A stretch of DNA of 60,464 bases from Octopus bimaculoides (Eukaryota), in assembly GCF_001194135.2 (NCBI RefSeq), contig NC_068996.1:13374701-13435164 (forward strand), in the 5' to 3' direction. Of this stretch, positions 1 through 11,461 are shown piece by piece (the first letter of the stretch is position 1; the number at the start of each line of letters is the position of its first letter). Below the pieces are notes generated by a model. It saw nothing but the letters and a program-made list of their open reading frames with translations, was not told the DNA's origin and did no database searches. A program made the position numbers and the translations under genes.

Positions 1-361
1 ATATATAGGTGAGAAAGTTGGTATGTGAAAGCACGTGGTTGGATGTATAAAAGATAATAAGAGTGAAAAAACTACAGAAAGCTTGTGTTACATGGTTAAA
101 GTATATATTTAAATTATGTCAGAAAAATGTTAGAAAAATGTTATAAAATCTTTTTGGTATATAAACATTGTATTTTGAGAAATAACCGGTTTCGTGTTGT
201 CTTTTCAAATTTCTCTACTTCATTGTATCGTGTTCGTTCCATATGTATATATGTGTGTATGTACATATATTATATGTATTATATGTATATATATGTGTAT
301 GTATTATATATGTGTATGTATTATATGTATATATATGTGTATGTATATGTATTATGCACAT

Positions 362-767
362 ATAAAATCCGAGCTACATATGTTACCTTGTGGGGTGAAC
401 ATCAGAAGTGGTAAATATCCAACTAAGATGTATACCGTAGGCTACTCCTCAGGCTAAGCGTATCTTCATTATATGAAGATTACTTTTTATACACCTCGCT
501 TGGCTATTTACTCCTTCCAAGGTTCTGCTCGCTATTAACCATATGTAGTTAAGGAATGGAGCAGATTTTATCAGCTCCATTCCTTAAATTTTGGATTTTT
601 ATTCGCATACCCGGTAATCCCGGCTACTGACTGTAAATTATAAGAAGTTTATTGTACTTCGATACCGAAAAAATTCACAACCTTCTACATCAATAAAGTT
701 GTTTTTTATATTTTCTACCGATTGTCTGAAGCCCACTGTCTACCTACACCTTGATCCTTGGATCTTA
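362..767. mobile_element. Unclassified hairpin-rich dispersed repeat, copy 1 (related to 49888-50312)
   Basis: Shares TTGGATTTTTATTCGCATAC ... ACTTCGAT ... CCTACACC..GATCCTTGGATCTTA with 50108-50312. Contains a perfect 14-bp inverted repeat at 549-562/574-587. Confidence 0.7.
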
Positions 768-863
768 TATTTATATATTAATCTTTGTTTTATGATTCGT
801 CATAAAAAATACTTTCATACACTTATACACATACAAGCATGCAGACACACACTCATACAAATG

Positions 864-940
<77 letters not shown>

Positions 941-1549
941 CTACCTACGTTACGAACCGACACAAAGAAAAAGAGAGTGTGAAAGAATAAAGGAAATTGC
1001 CCTATNNNNNNNNNNNNNNNNNNNNNNNNNNNNNNNNNNNNNNNNNNNNNNNNNNNNNNNNNNNNNNNNNNNNNNNNNNNNNNNNNNNNNNNNNNNNNNN
1101 NNNNNNNNNNNNNNNNNNNNNNNNNNNNNNNNNNNNNNNNNNNNNNNNNNNNNNNNNNNNNNNNNNNNNNNNNNNNNNNNNNNNNNNNNNNNNNNNNNNN
1201 NNNNNNNNNNNNNNNNNNNNNNNNNNNNNNNNNNNNNNNNNNNNNNNNNNNNNNNNNNNNNNNNNNNNNNNNNNNNNNNNNNNNNNNNNNNNNNNNNNNN
1301 NNNNNNNNNNNNNNNNNNNNNNNAAAATATTTACAAAACATCTTATTTAATTTTTCTTCAATTTAATTGGTCTTTTCTTAATTAATACCCACCATTGTTT
1401 TACTGTTGAAAAAGTCGAAAAAACAGATACCGGTACTAACCATTACAAAATATATTTCATAAAATTATTTTAGCATTTTCAACTAAGTCTTATTTTTCTT
1501 ACATACATACATACACACAAACACACACACAAACACACACACACACACG

Positions 1550-1580
<31 letters not shown>

Positions 1581-1630
1581 ACACACACGCACACACATAA
1601 ACTTTATTAAAAAGCAGCAAAAATATCACA

Positions 1631-1676
1631 AAAACTGTTACTCAGAGTTTCACGTTCCCATTCGCCGGACAGTTTT
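1631..1676 (-). ncRNA. Minimal type I hammerhead ribozyme-like motif (degenerate core)
   Basis: Minus strand: AAAACTGT CCGGCGA ATG-GGAA-CGT GAAA CTC-T-GAG TA ACAGTTTT. Stem I is 8 bp and perfect, stem II is 3 bp with a GNRA loop, stem III is ACTC/GAGT, and the triplet is GUA. The core differs from CUGANGA at two positions. Confidence 0.7.
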
Positions 1677-1869
1677 GTTTCGAATGGAACACACATTTGT
1701 CTGTATGTACCCTTGTGTCTGTACTTTTCACCCACAACCACTTGAGTGTTCGGCATCGGACACCAATAGAATAAATATAACACTTAACAATGTGGCATAT
1801 TTAAACATGTGGTTTAAATATATACCACATGTTTAAACCTCTAACTCCAAATACTTAACAATAAGTACT

Positions 1870-1950
1870 TGGGACGAATCGTTAGATTAAAACTGTTCAT
1901 GGTGGTGCCCAGCATGGCCGTAGTCTATTGTGACTGAAACAAACCAAAGG
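1870..1950 (-). mobile_element. SINE fragment (same family as 59932-60135)
   Basis: GGTGCCCAGCATGGCCGTAGTC...TGACTGAAACAA matches GGTGACCCAGTATAGCCGCAGTC...TGACTGAAACAA at about 60092-60129. Confidence 0.6.
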
Positions 1951-1952
1951 AA

Positions 1953-2005
<53 letters not shown>

Positions 2006-2388
2006 GTTTTGTTTAGCTTTAAGATATACCTGGTGGATGCTCTAGGATGTATCGTCAGTAATATTTATGAAAATTCAGAGTGTTTCGGCTGTTTCAACAT
2101 CAGACACATTCGCTCAGTTGATACAACTGGAGCTGATCAAGTTCCAGCCTGCATTCCAGTAGCAGCAAATCACTGATCTGTCCTATTTATGCACCACGAC
2201 CTAGTGACAGTCTCTGCATCTTCAGTCATTCTTTTACTGCGCCAACAAAATATATTTTGTGTCTTCTATAGATGATCTTCGGGAACTGAAGAACAGTTTT
2301 AGAGAAGCTGATTTATAAGTTATACAGAAAGAAAACAAAAACATTATACAAACATATAGACATTCTCACATACATACATGCATGCATA

Positions 2389-3490
2389 TGCCGAGCAATT
2401 GTTATTAAACTAAACTGTAATGTCAGAGATGTGTGAGCATATAAGGAACCAAGTTTCAATGTAGCTGGATTACAAGAAAGCGTTTCGCTATTTCCTGCAA
2501 ACATGGATGCTAGAAACCCTTTGACTTACAAAACATTCCAGTGAGCATAGTCAAAGCCATAGCTGACCTGACTGCATCGAGAGCCACGCTCTTGAAATTA
2601 CACACTAGGAGTGATTTTGCTATGACTTATATAATACAAAATTAGAAAGGCATATTCCAAGGGAACAGCCTCTCTGTAATGTTGTTTATATTTTCTGTAA
2701 ACCTTCGTCTTTCATGTTAAGGAAATCTGAAGGATATCTCACTGGTTCACAAGGAAACAGAAAGACCAAAATTAAACACTGTTCCTTTGTGGATGACTTG
2801 CAATTATATGCAAAGAATATGCATGAGATGAAAAAGAGCTTTGATCTGGTTACAATACCCTCAATAACTTAACTGTTTTCCCGATATCTGATGAGGAATG
2901 TTTCAAATATCTATGTGTAGATGAAAAAGTGTCTTACACTGGCACCTGTAACAAATCACGTCTCACTAAAGAATATTACAGCCGATTACAAAATAAATAT
3001 GGAACTTGGACTACTCTGCATTCAATAAAACAGTGCTCCACAGTGTGTTTGCAGTGTCAGTACTCATACAATATTTGGGTTGCTTGATTGAATGCTTGAT
3101 GAGATCCGAGTCATTGATGTGAAAATCCGGAAGATATTAACAAGCACACATAAACAGTGACACCGACCGCCTTTACCTAAAACGAAAACACGGCACCAGA
3201 GGCTTAAAATCCACTCGGACTGCCTTTGAATGTCGTAACATATCCCTTCGGCAACATCTTTTAACTACCAAGTGTCGAAGTGCATCTCTTCACCGAGTCT
3301 GCATGCATGAGACTGATAATATCATAAGACTTAGAAGGCAACTCTTCAGCAGCATTCCTTGTCTGATGACTTTCAAGATATGCCCAAAGAAGTTGCACAA
3401 CTCTACTGCAGTGAAAAACAAAAAAGAAACAACAAAGAATGTAACATGATGGGTTTTGAAGTCAGAGAAAAAGATAGCTGATTTATGCAA
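2389..3490 (+). mobile_element. Dong/R4-like non-LTR retrotransposon, RT region (pseudogenised), copy A
   Basis: Broken-frame motifs: LDYKKAF, GIFQGNSLSVMLF, FVDDLQLYA, FKYLCVDE, EIRVIDVKIRKIL and SDTDRLYLKRKHGTRGLKS. Confidence 0.85.
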
Positions 3491-5290
3491 GACCATCAGC
3501 CATGTGATGTTGCTTATAGCATGCTAACAAGCGTATCACCAACAAAAAGTGAAGAAGGCGATGGAAATGATATTTGGAGACAGTAAAAAGAGGACACTCA
3601 CTTACAAACTGCTTACCCTCAAACAGGAGCTAAAAGCTGTCAGTGAAAAACTCTGACATCAGAAGAGAATAACCGAGAGAAGAACAATAAACAAAAAATT
3701 TAACCGAACTATGCGGAAGTGTTCAGAGATATGAGAGGAGAAGCAGTGAACATCACAGAAGCTCATTCAGGAGATGACAGACTCCTTCTGGAGGAAAATC
3801 TGGAGTGAAGAGGAGAAGTTTAACGAGGATACTCTGTGGCTGGAAGAAATTCGAAGTTATTGCTCCTGCATTACGCAGAAGGTATACACCATTGATGGTG
3901 ATACCCTTTAAGTGTGACCCAGAAACTTCAGAATGAAAAAACACCGGGAAAACACTTGATTGTTGAATATTGGTACAAGTAGCTAACCTACCAACCATAT
4001 CTTATCAACCTGCACCAGCAAGCTCTCAATGGGAATAATAGCATACCAGAGTGGATAGCTCTAGTAGATACAAAATTGATCATCAGGTGCAGAACCAACC
4101 ACATGATAAAAAACTACCGACCAATTGCATGCCAGAACTTAATGTATAATATATATACATCTTGCTTAAACCTCTTTCAAGACCTTTGTGAAAGCAATAA
4201 CATCATCACAACAGAACAAGCAACTGGGGAGAAGTGAGTCAAGTGATGTGCCGAGCAATTATTATTCAACAAAACTGCGATGTCAGAGGTGCGGGAGCTT
4301 AGAAGTAACCTATTATCAATGTAGCTAGTCTACAAAAAAGCCTTTAACTCTTTCCCCTACATATGAATGCTAGCAGCCCTTCAGCTTGAGTGAGAAGAAC
4401 CTTTTGGATCACATTTCCATCAATGATTCGCTTTATAAACGGAATGAAAACACGCCTTTTTTAAAGCAAATTGTGACAGGTGATGATAAATGGATTATCT
4501 ACCGAAATGTTCAGAAAAAGCGATCCTGGAGTGAGCGACACGAGCCACCCTTAGCCACCCTAAAAGTGGGTCTTCACCCTAAAAAATGTCTTGCTTTGTG
4601 TCTGGTAGGACTGGAAAGGAATTCTGTACTATGAGCTTCTCCCAAATAACTAGACAATTAATTCTGAGAAATACTGCACACAGCTGGACGAGTCAAAAGC
4701 AGTAATTCAAGAGAAACGTCGAGGAAGGGTGTTGTTTTCCAACATGATAATGCAAGAACGCACGTTTCATTGGGAACCAGACATAAATTGCTGAAGCTCG
4801 GATGGGATGTGTTACCCCACCCTCCATATTCACCAGATATTGCTCCTTCGGATTTCCAGTTATTCAGGTCTCTGCAGAATAGTCTTCATGGTAAAAATTT
4901 CAATTCCTTGTATGATGTAAAAAGATACTTTGATGAATTCTTTGCCGTGAAACCACCTCAATTCTGGGAAGAGGGTATTTTCAAGTTAAAGGAAAGATGG
5001 AGACGCATTGTGCAACAAAATGATTGATTAATTATTATTGATTGATTATTTGATTGATTAAAAATGTAATGGCAAGTATTTATTGACCTTTTTCTTTCCT
5101 TTAAAAATCGACAAGAACTTTCCGGACAACCCAATAAAACGAAAACATGACGCCAGAGGCTTAAAATCGACCCGGACTGTCTTTGAATGACGTACCATAT
5201 CCCTTCGGCAACATCTTTTAACTGCCAAGTATCGAAGTGCATCTCTTTACCAAGTCTGCATACATGAGGCTGATAACATCATAAGACTTG
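3491..5290 (+). mobile_element. Dong/R4-like LINE copy B (pre-RT region to RT start, resuming after the mariner at 5137-5290)
   Basis: LKQELKAVSEKL..KRITERRTINKKF and SFWRKIWSEEEKFN motifs. 4246-4380 is homologous to 2389-2520, and 5137-5290 is homologous to about 3180-3335. Confidence 0.8.
4381..5136 (+). mobile_element. Mariner transposon (DD34D), 5'-truncated, with right TIR
   Basis: IVTGDDKW, FQHDNARTH and HPPYSPDIAPSDFQLF; 34 residues separate the second and third Asp. The TIR-like AAATCGACAAGAACTTTCCGGACAACCCAA+TA ends at 5136. Confidence 0.95.
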
Positions 5291-5422
5291 GAAGGTTTGT
5301 ATTTATTTTTATATATACATTTAAACACACACGCAGACATAGACACACACATATACATACTCATACATACATACACACACACACACACATATATANNNNN
5401 NNNNNNNNNNNNNNNNNNNNNN

Positions 5423-5454
<32 letters not shown>

Positions 5455-5639
5455 CGTGTGCGTGTGCGTGTGCGTGTGCGTGTGCGTGTGCGTGTGCGTG
5501 TGCGTGTGTGTGTGCGTGTGTATCAGGTTCTTAAGAGATAGTGATGAGCTCCTAACAAGTAAGTAACTGCATGTGGATCTTTATCTATTTTGCATCCACT
5601 TTCAGACTATGAGATGAAGTGGAGCTGAAAGATAACTCG

Positions 5640-6190
5640 TCCTCTCAGAGAAAGGAGATGCAACGACTGTGCTAGATCATTTAGAAGTGAATGGGGAGTG
5701 AAGATACATCGAGACGAATGGAAATGTAAAGAACAACTAAAGCGACGCAAAGCATCTTGTACTACCCTAGAGAATAATTCTAATTGTCAGTCAGGGAAAC
5801 AACCACAGTATCTTAGCTCAACTTGCTATTGACACAAGAAAAGTGGATGAACCTGAAAGGATCGAAGGCTTCGAGTAGAAACTATAGTTGAATTTGCCAC
5901 CAGTGACAGATGTGAGATCGGCCTTGTTGGATAAGGATTTGAACATCATCCTGGGTATCATTCTGAAGTTCGACGCTATTAGGAAGATAAAAACTAAGCA
6001 TAACAAGATATCTTTCGTGCGAAGGAAAGCAAAAGCAACAGGGCAGAGTAAAGGCATCGTCAGATTGAGGTAAGAACCAAGGCAGCTGAAGAAAAGGTGG
6101 AAAGAAGAAGACGATGAGGGGAAAGTAGCTTTAAATCAATTGAGCTCAGAGCTACAAAGATTCTTGTTCCAGATTCGTAGGGAAGATTCA
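5640..6190 (+). mobile_element. HERO-like (R2-superfamily) LINE N-terminal fragment
   Basis: C2HC finger CNDCARSFRSEWGVKIHRDEWKC at 5659-5727, then NLPPVTD..LDKDLNIILG..IRKI and LR*EPRQLKKRWKEEDDEGKVALNQL. These resemble HERO ORF N-termini as I recall them. Confidence 0.65.
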
Positions 6191-6720
6191 ATACACTTCT
6201 GCTACTGGTACATGTTAGTACTTCACTGCACTTTAGATCAGTTGCCGAGGCAGGCTTCGGTAGAATTTGCTAAAATCTAACTATATTAGTGGGAGTCTGT
6301 TGTTGTTCCTGTTTCCATCTTTAAGGGTGTGGCAGATTGCTGATATATGTTCAAACCTGGGACACTCTCTTTTTGTTTCAATCGAGTCGATTCGATACAG
6401 TAAATATATTCTTAATATTTGGGAAATGTCTTTTCCTTCGACATCGCATAAAGAAAGCTCTTGAAACTGACGAAATCCTGTGCATTCTTCTTGCATGGTA
6501 CAAAACAGTTTTCAATAAGGGTCCTGCTTCTTCTTCAAGATTGAACGTAAAACATCCATCTTAAAAGCAGTATGGATGAACACCTTGCACGTTGAACCAC
6601 ATTTTGCCCGGATGCCTGGGCACTGGATGACGCCTGATACAATTGGCAGGATCTATTTAGGGACGACTAACAACATTCATCATCACACAACGCATTAGAT
6701 TCTTAAGGGAACGGTATTTA

Positions 6721-6924
6721 TATTATTTACATTTTGACGGATATTTGTCCTCATCTTGTCTGTTGTTATCACGATGTTTCGGCTGGTATACCCTCCAGCC
6801 TTCATCAGGTGTTGTGGGGAAATTTCGAACCTGGGTTCTCATTCCTAAGGCATTTTTCGATGTTATTATAATTATTATGTAATTATTTATAGGACTAAGG
6901 TAACTGCTCCAGTAGGTATACAGA

Positions 6925-6964
<40 letters not shown>

Positions 6965-7074
6965 ACTCTTGTCTTTTTGCTATTATCATTAGTATTATTC
7001 AGGTCACTGCTTGGAATGGAACTCGGAATCTTGGGGTTAGTAGCCCGTGCTCTTAACCACAACGCCATATGCCC
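6721..7074 (-). mobile_element. tRNA-derived SINE-like element with a hammerhead in its 3' part
   Basis: Head GGGCATATGGCGTTGTGGTTAAGAGCACGGGCTACTAACCCC..GAGTTCCATTCC has A/B-box-like motifs. It is followed by an AAT-rich linker interrupted by an A-rich insert (about 6875-6985), then the hammerhead and a TGTAAATAAT tail. Confidence 0.85.
6768..6813 (-). ncRNA. Minimal type I hammerhead ribozyme
   Basis: AACAC CTGATGA A GGCTGG-AGGGTATA-CCAGCC GAAA CA TC GTGAT. The core is intact with one extra A, stem II is 6 bp, and stem I is 4/5 bp. Stem III reads ACAT, probably CpG-decayed from ACGT (inference). Confidence 0.8.
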
Positions 7075-7132
7075 TGGGAAATTACAGAGTGAATTTTAAG
7101 GCTTATAAATGTAATATTTTGCTATCCTTCCT

Positions 7133-7194
7133 TAATAGTGGTTAAGAGCGCGGGCTACTAACCCCAAGATTCCGTGTTCGATTCCAGGCAGTGA

Positions 7195-7245
<51 letters not shown>

Positions 7246-7390
7246 CAACCACATCGGCAAATACCTTAGGATTGGGAACTCAAGTTCGAAATTTCCCCAA
7301 GACAGCGAAACAAACAAAATGAAGACAAATATCCGTCAAATGTAAATAATGTAAATAATGTACATAATTCCTCATCTCTTAAATATAGAA
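7133..7390 (+). mobile_element. Second copy of the same SINE, inverted, with the hammerhead deleted
   Basis: TAGTGGTTAAGAGCGCGGGCTACTAACCCCAAGATTCCGTGTTCGATTCC, (AAT)n, TTCGAAATTTCCCCAAGACA|GCGAAAC|AAACAAAATGAAGACAAATATCCGTCAAATGTAAATAAT. Confidence 0.85.
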
Positions 7391-8139
7391 GTGTATTCTT
7401 AAGGGCAAATGACACGGCTTCGAAAACAAAAACAACACTATGTGGATTCTGGTTTCTGTTTTCCATCCAGTCTCAAACTATGAGATGCGAGTAAACTGAA
7501 GTGTAGAATCATTTTCCCAGCAGTGGTAACGTTTATCCTGTTCCAAATGAATATGTTTATTAACCAGATTTTACGAATATTCACTGACAAAGACATAGAT
7601 ATTATATTGCAAGTTCAAAAGTAGGTGCTGCTTAGCCTTATAAAGGAGGCGGGACTGATGCAAGCTGTGTTTATACGAAGTATTAGAAAAACAAAATCCC
7701 AGTCTAATTAATCAATGCGATGAACTGATTATTAGGTGCATGCACTTACGCAAGAAGACTTTCTTATATACACTGAATGATTAACTCATATAAACATTAA
7801 AGTAGGTTCATTGCAATACAATGAGAGGTGTAGGGCCCATACATTGTTGTCGTTAGGTTTCTAATACATTCATTATTTTTGTGTTGTATTGATATTGATT
7901 TCACTCTACATGCTCCGACTATCCGTTCTACGCTGCCTTCTGGTTTAACTTTAATCCTCTGGGTAACTTTGTCCCATTAATCACTGTGTTATTATATTAT
8001 TTCTAATTGATATAATAACTGCCAAGTACTAGAGGGTGCTTCGGTTTCTGACTTCCACAACCTCTTACTTCCTCTTTCTGGTTCCATATTATTACTAAGA
8101 ATGCGCACACGTGCGCAGGCGTGCAGACACACACACACA

Positions 8140-8183
<44 letters not shown>

Positions 8184-9591
8184 CACACGCGCACACACAC
8201 ACACAATATACAGGCTGTCATTCTTACACCTGTGGTTGGTAAATTTCTTTAAGTTATCTAAACAGTAAAAAATTTGTTTTGCACTTGTCTTTCAGCTTTT
8301 GTGCATACGTATATATTTATATATTTTCTTTATATATATGTCAGTTTATATAACTATGTATGTATGTATGTATGTATGTATGTATTTATGCATGCATGTG
8401 TGTGGTTGTGTATTGTATGTGTTTAGAAATTTGTATATTAATGCATACAATTTTGTGGGCGTAGTTTTAAGATTTATTGTATATATTTTTTGGTTAATAC
8501 GTCATATTATGGTTGTCTGGGTGCATACGTCACAAAATATGTTATGTAGAGTTTATGTTGTACTCTGTTACTGAATCTATGCGTGCTTGTCTTTTTTTGT
8601 TTTAATTAGTATTTAACGTTTACTGGCATAATCTTAGTTTATCTCTGCTTATTCAGGTTAATTATGATGCTTGTATGTGTACTTTTTGGCAGTGCATGCA
8701 TGTGTGTGTGCTTACCTCTGTTCGTATAAGAGATGTAGTTAATGTATGCTTGCATACATTAAAACTGTTGGTATGTGTCTATACGGCGTTATATTGTGTG
8801 TTTGTGTGTGTGTGCGTTTTCAGGACAGTATGTATATATGGATATATATATTCATTGTGCATGTATGAATCGATATCGTATGTATATATTTGTTTGATGT
8901 GCGTTATGTATACATACGCTTAAGTTTATTTGTCAGCATTCATATATATATGTGTATGTATATCTATGTGAATATGTGAACGTATTTGTATATTTGTCAA
9001 CTCGTCTGTGTGTATATATACATGCATACATACATACATACATACATACACACATATATATGGTATGTATGTATACATACGCTGAGTTTCTGTGTGCATC
9101 TGTATATAAAAATGTGTATGTATATTATGTGTATTTATTTATTGTATATCTATTTCTTGTAAAAGAAAATTTTCAAATGATAACAGATCTTCGTCTGAAA
9201 TGTTGATGTCTAGTCATCTGTTACTGTTGACATAACATTTATGTAATGGCAGTTTGTTTTGGCTGCTTCACTTATTTCATAGTTAATTGTATATTTCTTC
9301 ACGATAAATCTATAACTGTAGATATTAGAGGTTAAGCTGCTTGTAAACAAAAGGTAAATATATTAATATTTCGACTTACTTTTGAAACTAAAACAGCTTT
9401 GGAGGTGATCATAAGACATTTGAATGTGGACTCACATCAATTTATTAAAATACACTGGATGTGTATATAAATGTGTGTGTATATACATTTATGTAAACGT
9501 ATAAATATATATGTACATAAATATGGGTATATATGTAATATATTATATATACTATATATTCGTATATATACACATATACATGTATATTCAT

Positions 9592-9681
<90 letters not shown>

Positions 9682-9683
<2 letters not shown>

Positions 9684-10005
9684 CCCCTTCGGTCATGAAT
9701 GACCATGGGATTGCATATCGAAAGTTACCCTCCGAGTCAGAAGTTCGGGGAAGGTTGTTTATGGGAGACCAGGAGTCACCCATGCATACCAGCCGCCCCT
9801 CTCCACGCCACCAAGAAAAAAAAAACAAAGGCCAAAACAGCTTGGCACCAGTGACATCGCAACCCATTTCTATAGCTGAGTGAACTGGAACAACGTGGAA
9901 TAAAGTGTCTTGCTCAAGAACACAACACAGAGCCCAGTTTAGGAATCGAACTCACTACCTCATGATTGTGAGCCCCACGATCTGACCATTGAGCCATACA
10001 CTTTT
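9682..10005 (-). mobile_element. tRNA-derived SINE with CORE-like box and a probable RTE-type tail, ending in (TA)n
   Basis: Head TGGCTCAATGGTCAGA..GAGTTCGATTCC and central TGTGTTCTTGAGCAAGACACTTTATTCCACGTTG. The tail abuts the (TA)n tract at about 9600-9681. Confidence 0.85.
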
Positions 10006-11149
10006 CATGCACACTAACACACACACACACGACTGTATATATATTCATACCGTCATGCCAAACAACATACAGCACAAATTCTTTATTTATTAAATTTATT
10101 TTCCCCTTTAGAGGATGTGTCACGATACCCAGATGGTAATTGAGAAGATCTTCATATGAGCAGGAGAAGATCAGCTCAAGGATCAAGAATTCTTCAAAGA
10201 TATCATGGAAATAAGGAAAAGGGCAGGCTTATTGTCAGGAGACATGTGGACAATCGTGGACACTTGTTTCAGGCTCAATAACTGTCACCAGCACGGCAAT
10301 TGTCCAACCTTATCTCCAGTAGCCAAGGGATTTAGACTTGTACAAAATAGAGAAGGCATTATTTACAGCCTAGGTAATTTGCATAATTTATACATTATTA
10401 TATAATGTATGTGTGTATGTATCTGTTTCCCACTCGCTATATGCGTATATGTTTATATATAAATATCTATATGTATCTCCATACACTCTCAAGTGCACAC
10501 ATATACACACATATAAAAGAGGAAATGGAACGATTATTTTTCGGTTATGGTAAATGATCATTCATGTGAAGTGGTACGGATGACAAGCGTTTGATTAAGT
10601 AACTGCAACAATCGCAATAAAGGGTTTAATTATCCAAGATTTTAATTGGAAAGAGGTTTGTTCCGCCTCTTCTCTTACTGGAATATGATATATATCAACA
10701 ACGTGATCCATCGATCATTAATGTTCGTGCTGAATTATATTTTGTAACTTCTTATACTCTCACGATGTTTTCTGGAATTTTATTCGACATATTGAATGAT
10801 TATTTCTCGTTTTATCAGTAATTGTTGCAACACTGCTAAGAAAGAATCTCTTGTGTCATCTCTGGAAAAAATAATCTAAAGATATTTAAAAGAAAAATAA
10901 CCTTTAAAAGCCATTTATTTACAGTTTTCAAAGAGAGGAAATTTGAGAAATATAATAAAACATAATGATGTAAAACAACTAAAGCAGTATCATCGGATTA
11001 CGTTCTCATAGATATACTCAAAAAACATACAAAAGTACTCGCACTTCTAGCCGTCACTAGCGAATGAGTACGACTTGATAACGCATTATGGTTTCTCTAA
11101 TTGTTTTAGAAACTCGGCTTCCTCACCCAATTCATGTCCAGGATGTATT

Positions 11150-11330
11150 AATTCGAGGAAATAAGTACCCGAGGGTATTGGTAAATGAGAACCAACCCGG
11201 GTGGCCCTCATTTACAGTTAACTGGTGCAATATAAAATAGGCTGCCTTGTTCAAGGATACAGCACACCACCTGCTCCGGGAGTTGAGTACGACATTATGG
11301 TCGTGAGAGGAAGAACTTAATCACTAGGAA
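11150..11330 (-). mobile_element. Degraded SINE
   Basis: Minus strand TGTATCCTTGAACAAGGCAGCC resembles the CORE-like box of the 9682 SINE. Confidence 0.45.
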
Positions 11331-11461
11331 AGTAGCCTTTTCAATCGCAATCCTGAACATACCGGGTATTTTAAAAAAATTCTCATTATTGAACGTTTAT
11401 TCACTACAAACATAACATTTAGATACATATATACTGCATTTATTTATTTTTTTACGCCCTT

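Noticed and set aside
1800-1837. Perfect 14-bp hairpin as a terminator or regulatory site
   Set aside because: The context is eukaryotic and AT-rich, and there is no independent evidence of function.
2888-2910. CTGATGAGGAATGTTTCAAA as a hammerhead
   Set aside because: It lacks GAAA and is RT coding sequence (DEECFKYL).
6200-6715. Coding-like unique segment next to the SINE tail
   Set aside because: No recognisable motif in any frame.
7003-7074. Functional tRNA genes at SINE heads (also 11660-11731, 55530-55598 and 9930-10005)
   Set aside because: Boxes and acceptor stems are degenerate and fused to SINE bodies.
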